From contig JBDRHE010000087.1 in the NCBI GenBank assembly GCA_043817155.1, positions 983 to 64,982 on the forward strand: 64,000 nt of DNA. Direction: 5' to 3'. The position numbers were made by a program, and so were the translations under genes. Shown here one piece after another: positions 29,050 through 39,109 of this stretch. The stretch comes from Candidatus Omnitrophota bacterium (GTDB lineage: Bacteria; Omnitrophota; Gorgyraeia; JABMRN01; RBG-13-46-9). The notes under the pieces are model-generated. The model searched no databases, was not told the origin of the DNA, and saw only the letters and a list, made by a program, of their open reading frames with translations. How positions within the stretch are numbered: the stretch's first letter is position 1; each line of letters opens with the position of its first letter.

Positions 29050-29952
29050 ATGTACGATTTAATAATAATTGGAGCAGGGCCTGCGGGTATAACAGCAAGC
29101 GTATATGCTGCTCGCAAAAGAATGAATTTTATTGTGATCGCCGAATTTCTCGGAGGGCAGACCGCCCTTAGCGGCGACATAGAAAATTATACGGGTTACC
29201 AGTTTATTACAGGGCCTGAACTTGCTCAGAAGTTCGAAGAGCATATAAAGAAGTACGGGATCGGTGTAAGGGAGAATGAGCGGGTTATCGAAGTTACAAA
29301 AAGAGGGGATGAGGTAAGCGTTAAGACTGAAAAAGGCGAGTATATTTCCAGGACCGCGATAATCGCTTCCGGAACAAGATGGCGGGAGCTTGGCGTTCCG
29401 GGAGAAAAGGAATATAAGAATAGGGGTGTCACATACTGCGTTACATGCGATGGGCCTCTCTTCTCCGGAAAGAACGTCGCTGTTATAGGAGGCGGCAATT
29501 CCGGCCTTGAGGCGGCTCTTCAGCTTATAAAGATCGCTAAACACGTGTATCTTATCAATATCGCACCTGACCTTACGGGAGATGCGGTATTGCAGGAGAA
29601 GGTAATGGGAAGCGATAAGGCTTCGATCTTAAATTCGACAAGTGTAACCGAAATTACCGGAGATAAGATGGCCGGCGCCATAAAGATAAATAGCCGGGGT
29701 AAAGAACGATCCATCCCGGTAGAAGGCATCTTTGTTGAGATAGGGCTCATACCCAATTCCGAATTTGTTAAAGGGATCGAAAAGAACGAGCGTAACGAGA
29801 TTAAGGTCAATTCGAAGAATGAAACGGATGTGCCGGGGATATTCGCCGCCGGAGACGTGACCGATGCGCCTGAGAAGCAGATCATAGTCGCAGCCGGCGA
29901 AGGGTCGAAAGCGGCTCTCAGCGCATTTAGATACCTGGCGCATAGGAGATGA
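29050..29952 (+). CDS. trxB: Thioredoxin-disulfide reductase
   Basis: GAGPAG FAD motif, redox CVTC, NADPH motif GGGNSG; start taken as MYDLIIIGAG rather than the repeat-encoded upstream ATG. Confidence 0.85.
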   Translation: MYDLIIIGAGPAGITASVYAARKRMNFIVIAEFLGGQTALSGDIENYTGYQFITGPELAQKFEEHIKKYGIGVRENERVIEVTKRGDEVSVKTEKGEYISRTAIIASGTRWRELGVPGEKEYKNRGVTYCVTCDGPLFSGKNVAVIGGGNSGLEAALQLIKIAKHVYLINIAPDLTGDAVLQEKVMGSDKASILNSTSVTEITGDKMAGAIKINSRGKERSIPVEGIFVEIGLIPNSEFVKGIEKNERNEIKVNSKNETDVPGIFAAGDVTDAPEKQIIVAAGEGSKAALSAFRYLAHRR

Positions 29953-30170
29953 CACGCGAATTTAATAGTAAACTTACGATGGATGATGGAAGATGGACGA
30001 AGGACGATTCGAAGATAACGGAAATACGATTGAGATACATCGAAATGCAATTGAAATACATGGATGAGCCCATATACACAACTCGTCTTTGCGAGGCACC
30101 GAAATATTCGAGCGTGCCGAAGCCTGCCTGCCCGCCCGCCAGAATTTCTTACTGGCAGGCAGGCAATCTC
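29953..30170. repeat. Family-A modular repeat with the CCTGCCTGCC palindrome inserted into the hairpin unit
   Basis: Module 1 then unit 30083-30170 carrying the palindrome at 30123-30164; a TATAAT at 30192-30197 lies downstream. Confidence 0.8.
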
Positions 30171-30231
30171 AAGCTAGCCCGGAGAGACGCGTATAATCTT
30201 GTGTCTATGTGTCCCGAGAGTACTTGAAGCT

Positions 30232-30864
30232 ATGAAAACGCTAATCTCAAAATATAAAGGCAAGAAAAGTGAGATCAAGAACAGATTGCAGGAGTTCAAG
30301 AAAGTAGGAACCGGGTGCGATGAGGACCTCTTCGCGGAACTCTGCTTCTGTCTCTTAACCCCTCAGTCGAAAGCAGTATCCTGCGACAGGGCAATAAAGG
30401 ATCTGAAGAAGAAGGGTCTCCTGGTTAAAGGCAGCCCGGAAAGAATAGCCAATTGCATAAAGGGCTATGCCCGTTTTCATAACAAGAAGAGCGAATACCT
30501 TGTAAATGCCAGGGAGATCTTTACAGCTGATCGTAAGATTAATCTGAAACGCAGGCTGGATGGAAAAGATGCGCTAAAAACGCGCGAATGGTTAATCGAG
30601 AATATCAAGGGATTGGGATATAAGGAGGCCAGTCATTTTTTGAGAAATATAGGTTTAGGTCAGGACATGGCCATACTCGATACCCATATACTGAAGAATC
30701 TTAAGAGGATGGGCGCGATCGATGAGATACCGCGCTCCATGAGTAAAAAGAACTATGTAGAGCTGGAAGAGAAGATGAGGCAGTTTGCAAGGAAAGTAGG
30801 TATCCCGCTCGAAGAACTTGACCTTCTCTTCTGGTCGAACGAGACAGGTTTCGTCTTTAAATGA
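30232..30864 (+). CDS. ogg: 8-oxoguanine DNA glycosylase / AP lyase (Ogg2-type HhH)
   Basis: HhH-GPD region KEASHFLRNIGLGQDMAILDTHIL with catalytic Lys/Asp pattern. Confidence 0.65.
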   Translation: MKTLISKYKGKKSEIKNRLQEFKKVGTGCDEDLFAELCFCLLTPQSKAVSCDRAIKDLKKKGLLVKGSPERIANCIKGYARFHNKKSEYLVNAREIFTADRKINLKRRLDGKDALKTREWLIENIKGLGYKEASHFLRNIGLGQDMAILDTHILKNLKRMGAIDEIPRSMSKKNYVELEEKMRQFARKVGIPLEELDLLFWSNETGFVFK

Positions 30865-31157
30865 ACCTGTATTTAACATGGTTAGAATAGCCAGATTATC
30901 CACCAAGGCCAGCACAGGCTCAAGCGATCCGGGATGCTCAGCATAAAATATTATGCCAAGATTCTCTCCTCTTGCCTCTTTATAAGGTGATCGTCGGTTT
31001 TGTAGAAATTTACCGTTTGTTTGTTAAGATAAATTTCTGCAGGGCAAGCGGAAGAATTGTCCCACAGCCAGAAGCATCGTGATTGATGCGAAATCCAGCA
31101 GTCTAATTTAATTACACTTTTGTTCTTGACTTACATTGTGAAAAATGGTACAAAGTC

Positions 31158-31174
31158 TGTGAACACTATTACAA
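31158..31174 (+). promoter_or_regulatory. Candidate Rex operator (TGTGAACACTATTACAA) abutting the rex start codon
   Basis: Approximately 12 of 14 match to the Rex consensus TTGTGAA-N4-TTCACAA; a second half-site TTGTGAAAAATGGTACAA at 31136-31153. Confidence 0.35.
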
Positions 31175-31804
31175 ATGCCAAATAAGAAGATATCCGAGGC
31201 GACCATCTCACGGCTGTTTATGTTATTGCGGGAGATCACGAAACTCGTAAACATGAATATCAGAACGATATCATCGTCGGAACTTGGCGATAGGTTAAAT
31301 TTAAGCGATGCTCAAGTTCGCAAAGATCTCGGATATTTCGGGCAGTTCGGTATTAGCGGATCCGGCTACGATACCTGGGAGCTCAAATCGGCTTTAGAGA
31401 AGATACTTGGCAAGGATAAGAACTGGAACGTAGTGGTTGTCGGAGCGGGTGACCTTGGATCAGCACTTTTAGCATATCCGGGATTTAAAAAGCATGGTTT
31501 GGAGATAGTCGCGGCGTTTGATATCGATGTTCGCAAAATCGGTAAACGCATAAAAGATGTGATTGTACAATCCGTGAATGATATGCCGAAGGTGATCAAG
31601 GATACGAAGGCGTCAATCGGTATCGTAACCGTTCCCGCGAAGAACGCGCAGGAAGTGGCGGATATGCTGATAAAGTCAAAGATCGAATGCATTCTTAATT
31701 TTGCACCGGTGTCGCTAGCGGTACCCGAAGATACGAAGGTAAAGGACGTAGATCTTTCAAGAGAGCTGGAGACGCTCTCTTATTTTTTGGCCAACAAGAA
31801 GTAA
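31175..31804 (+). CDS. rex: Redox-sensing transcriptional repressor Rex
   Basis: N-terminal winged helix plus Rossmann fold GAGDLGSAL. Confidence 0.9.
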   Translation: MPNKKISEATISRLFMLLREITKLVNMNIRTISSSELGDRLNLSDAQVRKDLGYFGQFGISGSGYDTWELKSALEKILGKDKNWNVVVVGAGDLGSALLAYPGFKKHGLEIVAAFDIDVRKIGKRIKDVIVQSVNDMPKVIKDTKASIGIVTVPAKNAQEVADMLIKSKIECILNFAPVSLAVPEDTKVKDVDLSRELETLSYFLANKK

Positions 31805-31805
31805 T

Positions 31806-32831
31806 ATGCAATTCATCTCCCAAGACAAGTTCTTCGAACTCTTGACCGCCTTGAAGAGTGACTATGAAGTTTACTTACCTGTGAAGAAGGGTGAGCAGCG
31901 CTTCTTCGTCAAATATGAGGCCCCGGCCGATGATATATTGTTTGGAGAAGTAAGGGCATTCGAGCCGCTTAAAGCATTCTTTACGAAATCCAGAGAGATC
32001 GTAGCGGAGGACTTCAAAGATAATATACCCGGGGAAAGTAGTAAGCCATTTGCTATAGTGGGAGTGAAGGCATGCGATTTAAAGGGATTCAAAATCCAGG
32101 ACCACGTCTTTAGGGACGGTGATCTTAAGGATCCTTTCTATATAAAGAACCGTGAAGAGAACCTGATAATAAGCGCGGATTGTACATGCGCAATCGATAC
32201 CTGTTTCTGCATGGCCCTTGGAATCAAACCTCACCCTACCGCCAACTTCGATATAAATATTTCCGAGGCCGAAAACGGTTTTGTCGTGGAGACCGGTTCA
32301 GAGAAAGGCAAAACCCTTGTCAGCAAATACGCATCCTTCTTTCAGGATGCTGACGGAAGCAGCATTACAAATAGAGATAAGGCCAGGTCCGAGGTCATAA
32401 AAGCGGTCGAGAAGAATATCGAAGAGCACAATATACCCTGTGAAGAGAAGTTTGTTGGTATTATAGAGAGGAATTACGAGTCGGGCATCTGGGAGGACGA
32501 AGCTAAGGCATGCGTAGAATGCGGAGCCTGCACAACAATCTGTCCGACGTGCCACTGTTTCTTCTTATACGATCAAAAGAACGAAGAGAAGATGGCGCGT
32601 CTTCGTATCTGGGATTCGTGCATGCTGAAGAGCTATGCGAGGGTTGCCGGAGGCGCTAACCCCAGACCGCAACTAGCTATGAGATTAAGGAATAGGTTTG
32701 AGAAGAAGTTCGATTTCTTCCCTAAAGTAGCAACGGTATATGCCTGCACAGGATGCGGCCGTTGCGTATCCGCATGTCCGGCAAAGATAGATATAAGAAA
32801 GGTTCTTGGAAAGCTTACGAAGAATGCATAA
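31806..32831 (+). CDS. AsrA-like / sulfhydrogenase beta-like Fe-S subunit
   Basis: Two 4Fe-4S ferredoxin motifs (CVECGACTTICPTCHC; CTGCGRCVSACP); ~340 aa AsrA/HydB architecture. Confidence 0.7.
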   Translation: MQFISQDKFFELLTALKSDYEVYLPVKKGEQRFFVKYEAPADDILFGEVRAFEPLKAFFTKSREIVAEDFKDNIPGESSKPFAIVGVKACDLKGFKIQDHVFRDGDLKDPFYIKNREENLIISADCTCAIDTCFCMALGIKPHPTANFDINISEAENGFVVETGSEKGKTLVSKYASFFQDADGSSITNRDKARSEVIKAVEKNIEEHNIPCEEKFVGIIERNYESGIWEDEAKACVECGACTTICPTCHCFFLYDQKNEEKMARLRIWDSCMLKSYARVAGGANPRPQLAMRLRNRFEKKFDFFPKVATVYACTGCGRCVSACPAKIDIRKVLGKLTKNA

Positions 32832-33645
32832 TTCAAATCCATACAGGCCAATAAGGGCAGAGGTGCTCGACATCATAACGGAGACGCCTACCATCAAAAC
32901 GATAAAGTTTAAGCCTGATGAGGTAATAACATTTAGAACGGGACAGTTCGTTGAGATTACCATACCCGGCGTCGGCGAGGCGCCTTTTACGCCCTCCTCA
33001 AAGCCGTCGGTCAAAGAGACGCTGGAAGTGAGCGTCATGAGGGTTGGCAAAGTGACCGAGAAGGTGCATGAATTAAAGAAGGGCGACGTTATAGGTGTAC
33101 GCGGTCCTTTCGGAAATGGTTATCCGATGGATGAATTTAAGGGAAAAGAGGTTCTGGTTGTTGGAGGCGGGTGTGGCTTCGCGCCACTCAGGAGCCTGAT
33201 GTATTCTTTCTTCGATTTGACCGGCCAGTTTAAGAAGCTATACTTCAGAGGCGGTTGTAAGAACCCAAATGAATTTCTATACAGAAAAGAGATTGAAGAA
33301 TGGGGCAAGAGGAGTGACCTCAATTTAGAGCTTACGGTCGACAAGGGCGATCAAGGATGGAAAGGTAAAGTGGGTGTTGTACCCACGATCCTGGATGATG
33401 TAGAGATGGATTATAAGACCGGCATAGCGATTGTTTGCGGCCCTCCTATAATGATGAAATTTACGACACAGAAATTGCTGGATATGGGCTTTGGAGAGGA
33501 TAATCTGTACCTTTCGATGGAGAAGAATATGTCTTGCGGTATAGGTAAATGCGGCCATTGCAGAATAGGTACATATTACGCATGCAAAGATGGCCCGGTC
33601 TTTCCGTTCAGTAAGATAAAGGGATTCACCGAGATATGGGCTTAA
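32824..33645 (+). CDS. AsrB-like / sulfhydrogenase gamma-like FAD/NAD(P)-binding subunit with C-terminal [2Fe-2S]
   Basis: FNR-like fold plus CGIGKCGHC-x-C-x-G cluster motif; overlaps the upstream stop. Confidence 0.75.
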   Translation: MHNSNPYRPIRAEVLDIITETPTIKTIKFKPDEVITFRTGQFVEITIPGVGEAPFTPSSKPSVKETLEVSVMRVGKVTEKVHELKKGDVIGVRGPFGNGYPMDEFKGKEVLVVGGGCGFAPLRSLMYSFFDLTGQFKKLYFRGGCKNPNEFLYRKEIEEWGKRSDLNLELTVDKGDQGWKGKVGVVPTILDDVEMDYKTGIAIVCGPPIMMKFTTQKLLDMGFGEDNLYLSMEKNMSCGIGKCGHCRIGTYYACKDGPVFPFSKIKGFTEIWA

Positions 33646-33669
33646 CGATGACCTAAAAAGGGCATACAT

Positions 33670-33738
33670 GATTACGCGGATTTTGTGAACTATTTAGCGT
33701 TTTGATTACACGGATTATAGAAAGAGATTACACGGATG
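33670..33738 (+). promoter_or_regulatory. Three direct copies of GATTACRCGGAT(G) upstream of the first gene of the mbh operon
   Basis: Copies at 33670-33681, 33704-33715, 33726-33738 (last overlaps the ATG); same motif at 45024/45044, 49853/49872/49895/49956, 50744/50764. Confidence 0.5.
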
Positions 33739-34293
33739 AGCACGAGTGCAGAACAGATACATCACGGAGAGATCAATACCAAGCCTGGCAAAGGCAAGGA
33801 TAAGAGGCTGTTTATAGATCTCGATATTTGCGCTACCGGGAAATGCGAGAAGTGCGACATAGAATGCAGCTACTTCTATCATCCCGACAACATGGGCATT
33901 ATTTCGGTTGCGGAACTAGCTACATATGCGCTCGTCTGTCGTAGGTGTGAATCACCGCATTGTGTACTTTCTTGTCCGGTAGATGCTCTCGAGCAACAGA
34001 AAGATAAAGATAAGCTCTTAATGCGTCATAATATGCGGTGTGTAAGTTGCAAAACATGTTCACATGCCTGTCCATACGGTACGATCTATCCGGAGCTGGT
34101 ACCTCTTTTAATTCACAACTGTGATTTCTGTTTGGATAGGCGAAATCGGAAGAGTGAACCACTCTGCATAAAGACCTGTTCCCACGGGGCGCTTAGCTTG
34201 AGAGATGATAGTGAGAAACTCGGCGAGAAGATGTTCCGCGTTGGAGATAATATTGTAGTACATTCAACACATTGGCAGCAGGAGAAGGCGTGA
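33736..34293 (+). CDS. Polyferredoxin-type 4Fe-4S protein (first gene of the mbh operon)
   Basis: Multiple CxxCxxCxxxCP motifs. Confidence 0.7.
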   Translation: MSTSAEQIHHGEINTKPGKGKDKRLFIDLDICATGKCEKCDIECSYFYHPDNMGIISVAELATYALVCRRCESPHCVLSCPVDALEQQKDKDKLLMRHNMRCVSCKTCSHACPYGTIYPELVPLLIHNCDFCLDRRNRKSEPLCIKTCSHGALSLRDDSEKLGEKMFRVGDNIVVHSTHWQQEKA

Positions 34294-35213
34294 TTTACAT
34301 ATTCTACTTTATATTCTTCGGGTTCATATTAACGGCTTTCATGGGGCTTCTGGCCAGTTGGATAGACAGGAAGGTTACGGCGCGCGTTCAATACCGCGTA
34401 GGACCTCCGATTTTGCAGCCGCTTATCGATATCATAAAGCTTCTGGGGAAAGAGACACTGATCCCGGTAGGGGCTTCGAAGATTATGTTCTTAAGTATAC
34501 CTTTAATAGGCATGGCGAGCGTCATGCTGGTATCCACCATATTGTGGCTTAGCAATATAAATCAGGGCAATACCTTTGTAGGGGACCTTATTGTCGTGAT
34601 ATATCTTTTGACAATTCCGGCAATAAGTATTATCATGGGCGGGTTCGTATCCGGGAATCCATACGCCAGTTTGGGCGCATCCCGCGAGATGAAGCTTATC
34701 TTAGGTTATGAATTGCCATTTGTACTTGCGATATTCGTACCTATAATAAAGTCCGGATTTACAATCAAGCTTGGTGAGATCCTGGCGTTTCAGGCAGAAA
34801 ACGGCGTTATCATAGGAAGCTGGTCAGGAATCCTCGCGGTACTCGTCTCTATAATGTGTATGCAGGCAAAGCTCGGACTCGTTCCCTTTGACATAGCTGA
34901 AGCCGAAACCGAGATTACAAGCGGCCCGTTGATAGAATACTCCGGCGCCGGCCTTGCAGCCTATAAACTTATGAAGAACATGCTGCTCTTCGTGCTACCG
35001 TTCTTTTTGATGATCCTCTTTATGGGAGGCTTGCGGCTTGACGGTATACACCTTGTGTATGGTTTATTGAAATATGTCGGATTAGTTGCTATTGTAACGG
35101 TTATAAGGAACACGAATCCGCGCGTAAGGATCGATCAGGCGGTCAGATTCTTCTGGGGTCCGATGACTATTATTGCAATAATAGCGGTTGTATTAGCTTT
35201 TAGAGGCTTGTAA
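34272..35213 (+). CDS. mbhM: Membrane-bound hydrogenase subunit, NuoH/HycD/MbhM-like
   Basis: NuoH-family motif RVQYRVGPP...LQPLIDIIKLLGKE; polytopic; TTG/GTG start. Confidence 0.8.
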   Translation: MAAGEGVIYIFYFIFFGFILTAFMGLLASWIDRKVTARVQYRVGPPILQPLIDIIKLLGKETLIPVGASKIMFLSIPLIGMASVMLVSTILWLSNINQGNTFVGDLIVVIYLLTIPAISIIMGGFVSGNPYASLGASREMKLILGYELPFVLAIFVPIIKSGFTIKLGEILAFQAENGVIIGSWSGILAVLVSIMCMQAKLGLVPFDIAEAETEITSGPLIEYSGAGLAAYKLMKNMLLFVLPFFLMILFMGGLRLDGIHLVYGLLKYVGLVAIVTVIRNTNPRVRIDQAVRFFWGPMTIIAIIAVVLAFRGL

Positions 35214-35639
35214 ATGGGTATTAAATTAAACGCGTTATTAAAGTCACCCTGGGTTTTTCATCTATCCACGGGAAGCTGCAATAATTGCGACATAGAGATA
35301 TTGGACTGTCTTACCCCAAGGTTTGATATTGAGCGGTTCGGAATGCTCTTAGTCGGCAGCATTAAGCACGCGGACGTGCTGCTTGTGACCGGATCCGCTA
35401 ACAGGCAATCGATGGAGAGGGTTAAACGGGTTTACGAACAGATGCCGAAGCCCTGCCTTGTGGTTGCAATAGGCGAGTGCTGCATGTCGAGAGGAATGTT
35501 TATTCATAGTTATAATTGTCCGGTACCTTTCGATAAGGTAATACCGGTAGATGTTTATATACCCGGATGTCCGCCAAAACCGGAAGCTATAATTGCAGGG
35601 GTAGTCAAGCTTATAGAGAAGGTAAAAGGCAAGAAATAG
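35214..35639 (+). CDS. mbhJ: [NiFe] hydrogenase small subunit, NuoB/MbhJ-like
   Basis: CNNCDIE...GECCMSRG...GCPPKPE cluster motifs. Confidence 0.9.
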   Translation: MGIKLNALLKSPWVFHLSTGSCNNCDIEILDCLTPRFDIERFGMLLVGSIKHADVLLVTGSANRQSMERVKRVYEQMPKPCLVVAIGECCMSRGMFIHSYNCPVPFDKVIPVDVYIPGCPPKPEAIIAGVVKLIEKVKGKK

Positions 35640-35646
35640 GTTGCTG

Positions 35647-36120
35647 ATGAAAAGAGAAGAGATCCTGAAAGACTTAAAAGAGAGATTCAAAGGCGATATA
35701 ATAGATGTCTTTGACAAGACTATAAAGAGGGTATATATCGAAATCTACCCGAAATCCATAAGAAGGGTTGCCACCTATGTCTTTAAGGATCTTGGCGCCA
35801 GATTCAATATTGCCTCAGGCGTAGATGTACGCGACCATATGGAGATTCTCTATCATTTTACAATCGAAGAGATAAATCTCCTGATATCCTTGAGGGTGAA
35901 GCTCGATAAGTCAAAGCTGGAGATAGACTCTATTGCTCCTATTTTTGAAGGAGCCAATTGGATAGAGAGGGAGATTCACGAAATGTTCGGAATAGACTTT
36001 AAGGGGCACCCGGATATGAGGAGACTCCTCCTACCCGACGGGTGGCCGGAAGGCGTATATCCTTTGCGGCGAGATTACAAGGAATGGGATAAGGGCGCGA
36101 TAAGGGATAGAGGGGTATAA
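35647..36120 (+). CDS. mbhK: NuoC/MbhK-like subunit
   Basis: NuoC-family fold; operon position. Confidence 0.8.
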   Translation: MKREEILKDLKERFKGDIIDVFDKTIKRVYIEIYPKSIRRVATYVFKDLGARFNIASGVDVRDHMEILYHFTIEEINLLISLRVKLDKSKLEIDSIAPIFEGANWIEREIHEMFGIDFKGHPDMRRLLLPDGWPEGVYPLRRDYKEWDKGAIRDRGV

Positions 36121-36123
36121 TAA

Positions 36124-36252
36124 AATGTTTCTTAAGGTTACTTGAGGTTTCTTGAGGTTGCACTTCGTTTGCAAAATCCCGAAACTTTAAGAAACATTCC
36201 GAAACCTGAAGAAGCCTCAAGTAACGTTAAGCAACCTAAGGAAAGAAACATA
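36124..36252. repeat. Family-E imperfect inverted repeat (GTTTCTTAAGGTT / GAGGTTTCTTGAGGTTGCA), inside the operon upstream of mbhL
   Basis: Second copy at 43506-43612 upstream of mbhN. Confidence 0.7.
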
Positions 36253-36260
36253 TAAATAAT

Positions 36261-37442
36261 ATGGCGAAGACAATAGTTCCCATAGGTCCGTATCACCCGC
36301 TTCAGGAAGAACCGGAATTCTTTACGCTTACTGTTGAGGGTGAGAGGGTAGTAGATATAGATGTAAAGGTCGGATATAACCACAGAGGCATAGAGAAGCT
36401 GTCCGAGATGAAGACATTTGATCAGTCCACCTTTGTTATCGAGAGGATCTGCGGCATATGCTCTACGAGCCATCCCTTTGCCTATACAAGGGCGGTAGAG
36501 GACATTATTTCCGTTGAAGTACCGGAGAGAGCAAAGTTTATAAGGACTATCATCGCAGAAGGCGAAAGAATACATTCGCATCTTTTATGGGTCGGCCTTG
36601 CCGGCCATTTTCTGGGATACAACACCGTCTACATGTGGGCATGGAAGCTCCGGGAAGAGATACTGGACGTAATGGAGATACTATCCGGTAACCGCAATAA
36701 TTATGCTATGTTTAAACCCGGTGGCGTTAGAAGAGATATAAAGTCCGGGGATATACCGGGTGTCATAAAGAAGATAGATTCTATTATTCCGACATGCGTT
36801 ATGCTTAAGAAGGCCGTTATAGACGACCCTGTATTACACGCCCGGACCAAAGGTATAGGCATTCTAACCAAAGAGGAAGCTATAGATTATTGCGCCCTCG
36901 GTCCGACATCAAGGGCCTCCGGGGTAGAAAGGGATTTAAGGAAGGACTGTCCTTACGGAGCCTATGATAGAATGGAGTGGAATATGATCGTGACACAGAA
37001 CGGCGATGTATTCGATAAGGCGGTTGTGAGGATCCTGGAGACTTTTGAGTCTATCAAGATCATCAAGTATTGCCTCTTGAATCTGCCGGGTGGTGAAATC
37101 GATCTGAATATAAAGAGCATTCCTCCCGGAGAAGGCATAGGCCACATAGAGGCGCCGAGGGGCGAGACGTTCCATTATGTAAGAAGTGACGGGACAAACA
37201 GACCCGCGCGTCATAAGGTAAGGGCCCCGACATTTATGAATCTCCCGACATACAAAGCGACCGTTATAGGTGAGACAATATCGGACGCTACGATAATTCT
37301 GGCCGCCATAGATCCCTGCTATTGTTGCACAGAGAGAATAGCCGTGCGCAATACCGAGGGGAACAAGATATATAGCGGTGAGGAACTGGTGCGTCTTTCC
37401 CAAAAGAAGACCGAGGACTTGAGAAGGAAGAAGGTTTTTTAG
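36261..37442 (+). CDS. mbhL: Group-4 [NiFe] hydrogenase large subunit (NuoD/HycE/MbhL-like)
   Basis: N-terminal RICGICSTSH and C-terminal DPCYCCTER Ni-Fe ligand motifs both intact. Confidence 0.9.
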   Translation: MAKTIVPIGPYHPLQEEPEFFTLTVEGERVVDIDVKVGYNHRGIEKLSEMKTFDQSTFVIERICGICSTSHPFAYTRAVEDIISVEVPERAKFIRTIIAEGERIHSHLLWVGLAGHFLGYNTVYMWAWKLREEILDVMEILSGNRNNYAMFKPGGVRRDIKSGDIPGVIKKIDSIIPTCVMLKKAVIDDPVLHARTKGIGILTKEEAIDYCALGPTSRASGVERDLRKDCPYGAYDRMEWNMIVTQNGDVFDKAVVRILETFESIKIIKYCLLNLPGGEIDLNIKSIPPGEGIGHIEAPRGETFHYVRSDGTNRPARHKVRAPTFMNLPTYKATVIGETISDATIILAAIDPCYCCTERIAVRNTEGNKIYSGEELVRLSQKKTEDLRRKKVF

Positions 37443-37446
37443 ATTT

Positions 37447-39108
37447 ATGAATATAAGCGCGCAACTTTTCAGATTTGATAACCTGTCAATCTTTGTAGGT
37501 ATATTCATTGCCTTCTTCTCCGCGCTTACTATATTCTATTCTTTCGGATTCATGCGTAAGAGGGGCGGTCAGATCGGTTATTACCTATGTATAATTCTTA
37601 CTCTGGCAACATCGCTTGGGGCGGTCTTCTCTAACAATCTTATACTTTTTGTTGTCTTCTGGGGTTTTTTGGGATTTCTTTTATATCTTTTAATCGGGTA
37701 CGGCCAAAAAGAGAGAACGTCATATACTGCCAAGAAGGCGTTTATAATAATTGGCGGGACGGATGCTTTCATGTTGCTGGGTTTAGCATTTGTCTGGCAT
37801 ATTGCAGGATCATTCGATATGGACAAGCTGAGCATTGCTCTGGATAGCCGCCTTGCTACTTCGGCATATCTCTGCCTCGCTGTTGGCGCATTTGCCAAGG
37901 CGGGGGCAATGCCATTCCATACCTGGGTTCCGGATATGGCGGAAGACGCACCTACATCGGTTACAGCTTTCTTGCCGGCATCTTTGGACAAACTCCTAGG
38001 CATATATCTGCTTGTAAGAATTTCATTAGATATATTCGTGATGAATCAGACAATGAATACGTTTCTGCTTGCCATAGGCAGTATAACAATAGTCGCGGCT
38101 GTCATGATGGCCCTTGTGCAACATGATCTAAAGAGGCTCTTGGGGTATCATGCGGTAAGCCAGGTAGGGTACATGGTTCTTGGAATAGGCACCGGAAACC
38201 CGATAGGTATCGCAGGGGGGCTCTTCCACATGTTGAACAACGCGGTTTATAAGTCGTGCTTATTCATGTCAGGTGGGGCGATTGAAAAGAAGGCCGAGAC
38301 GACCGATCTCGGAAAGCTGGGTGGATTTGCCAGAATTATGCCCATCACCTTCGTAACCTTCTTAATTGCGTCGCTGGCGATATCAGGGGTACCGCCATTT
38401 AACGGTTTTACCTCTAAATGGATGATTTATCAGGGCATAATAGAGACAGCCAAAGGCGGAGGCCGACTCTGGGTTATATGGCTTATCGCGGCGATGTTCG
38501 GCAGCGCTCTAACGCTGGCCAGTTTTATGAAATTGATTCATACTATTTTTTTGGGACAACCGTCGAAAGAACAGAAGAGCAAAATAGAAAAAGGGGGGCG
38601 TCAGGAGACCGGGCCGACAATGTGGATACCACCCGTTATATTGGCCGCTCTGTGCGTCCTTTTTGGTGTATTTGCATTCAGAATACCGCTTAAGTTATTT
38701 ATATTACCCAGTCTGAGCATGAAGGTTCTTTTTACGGGGGTATGGAGCGCGCCGCTTGCGACAATTCTGATATTTATAGGAATAGGAGTCGGTTTTGTGG
38801 TCTACCTTTTTGGTACGGTCATTAAGACAAGATCGACCGAGCCATTTATTGGCGGCGAAATCTTGGGAGCGCATTCATCCATCCGGGTTTCCGGAACGGA
38901 ATTCTATACTTCAATACAGGATATAGGTATTTTAAGATTTATATACAATCTTGCGCAGAAGAAAGTATTTGACTTATATGAGGTTGGAACCAAGATCACA
39001 TTTGCCTTTAACAAACTTTTACGTTATCTTCATAATGGCGTGCTTTCAACGTACCTGGCATGGTGTCTTCTCGGAATGCTGATACTGTTCATTACGTTGC
39101 TTAAATAA
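37447..39108 (+). CDS. mrpA: Mrp antiporter subunit A-like (NuoL/MbhH family), N-terminal portion
   Basis: NuoL/MrpA proton-pumping antiporter fold, 553 aa. Confidence 0.8.
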   Translation: MNISAQLFRFDNLSIFVGIFIAFFSALTIFYSFGFMRKRGGQIGYYLCIILTLATSLGAVFSNNLILFVVFWGFLGFLLYLLIGYGQKERTSYTAKKAFIIIGGTDAFMLLGLAFVWHIAGSFDMDKLSIALDSRLATSAYLCLAVGAFAKAGAMPFHTWVPDMAEDAPTSVTAFLPASLDKLLGIYLLVRISLDIFVMNQTMNTFLLAIGSITIVAAVMMALVQHDLKRLLGYHAVSQVGYMVLGIGTGNPIGIAGGLFHMLNNAVYKSCLFMSGGAIEKKAETTDLGKLGGFARIMPITFVTFLIASLAISGVPPFNGFTSKWMIYQGIIETAKGGGRLWVIWLIAAMFGSALTLASFMKLIHTIFLGQPSKEQKSKIEKGGRQETGPTMWIPPVILAALCVLFGVFAFRIPLKLFILPSLSMKVLFTGVWSAPLATILIFIGIGVGFVVYLFGTVIKTRSTEPFIGGEILGAHSSIRVSGTEFYTSIQDIGILRFIYNLAQKKVFDLYEVGTKITFAFNKLLRYLHNGVLSTYLAWCLLGMLILFITLLK

Positions 39109-39109
39109 G

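Noticed and set aside
23569-30170. CRISPR array interpretation of the clustered repeats
   Set aside because: Repeat units are not regularly spaced, include inverted orientations and variable modules, and no cas genes are present.
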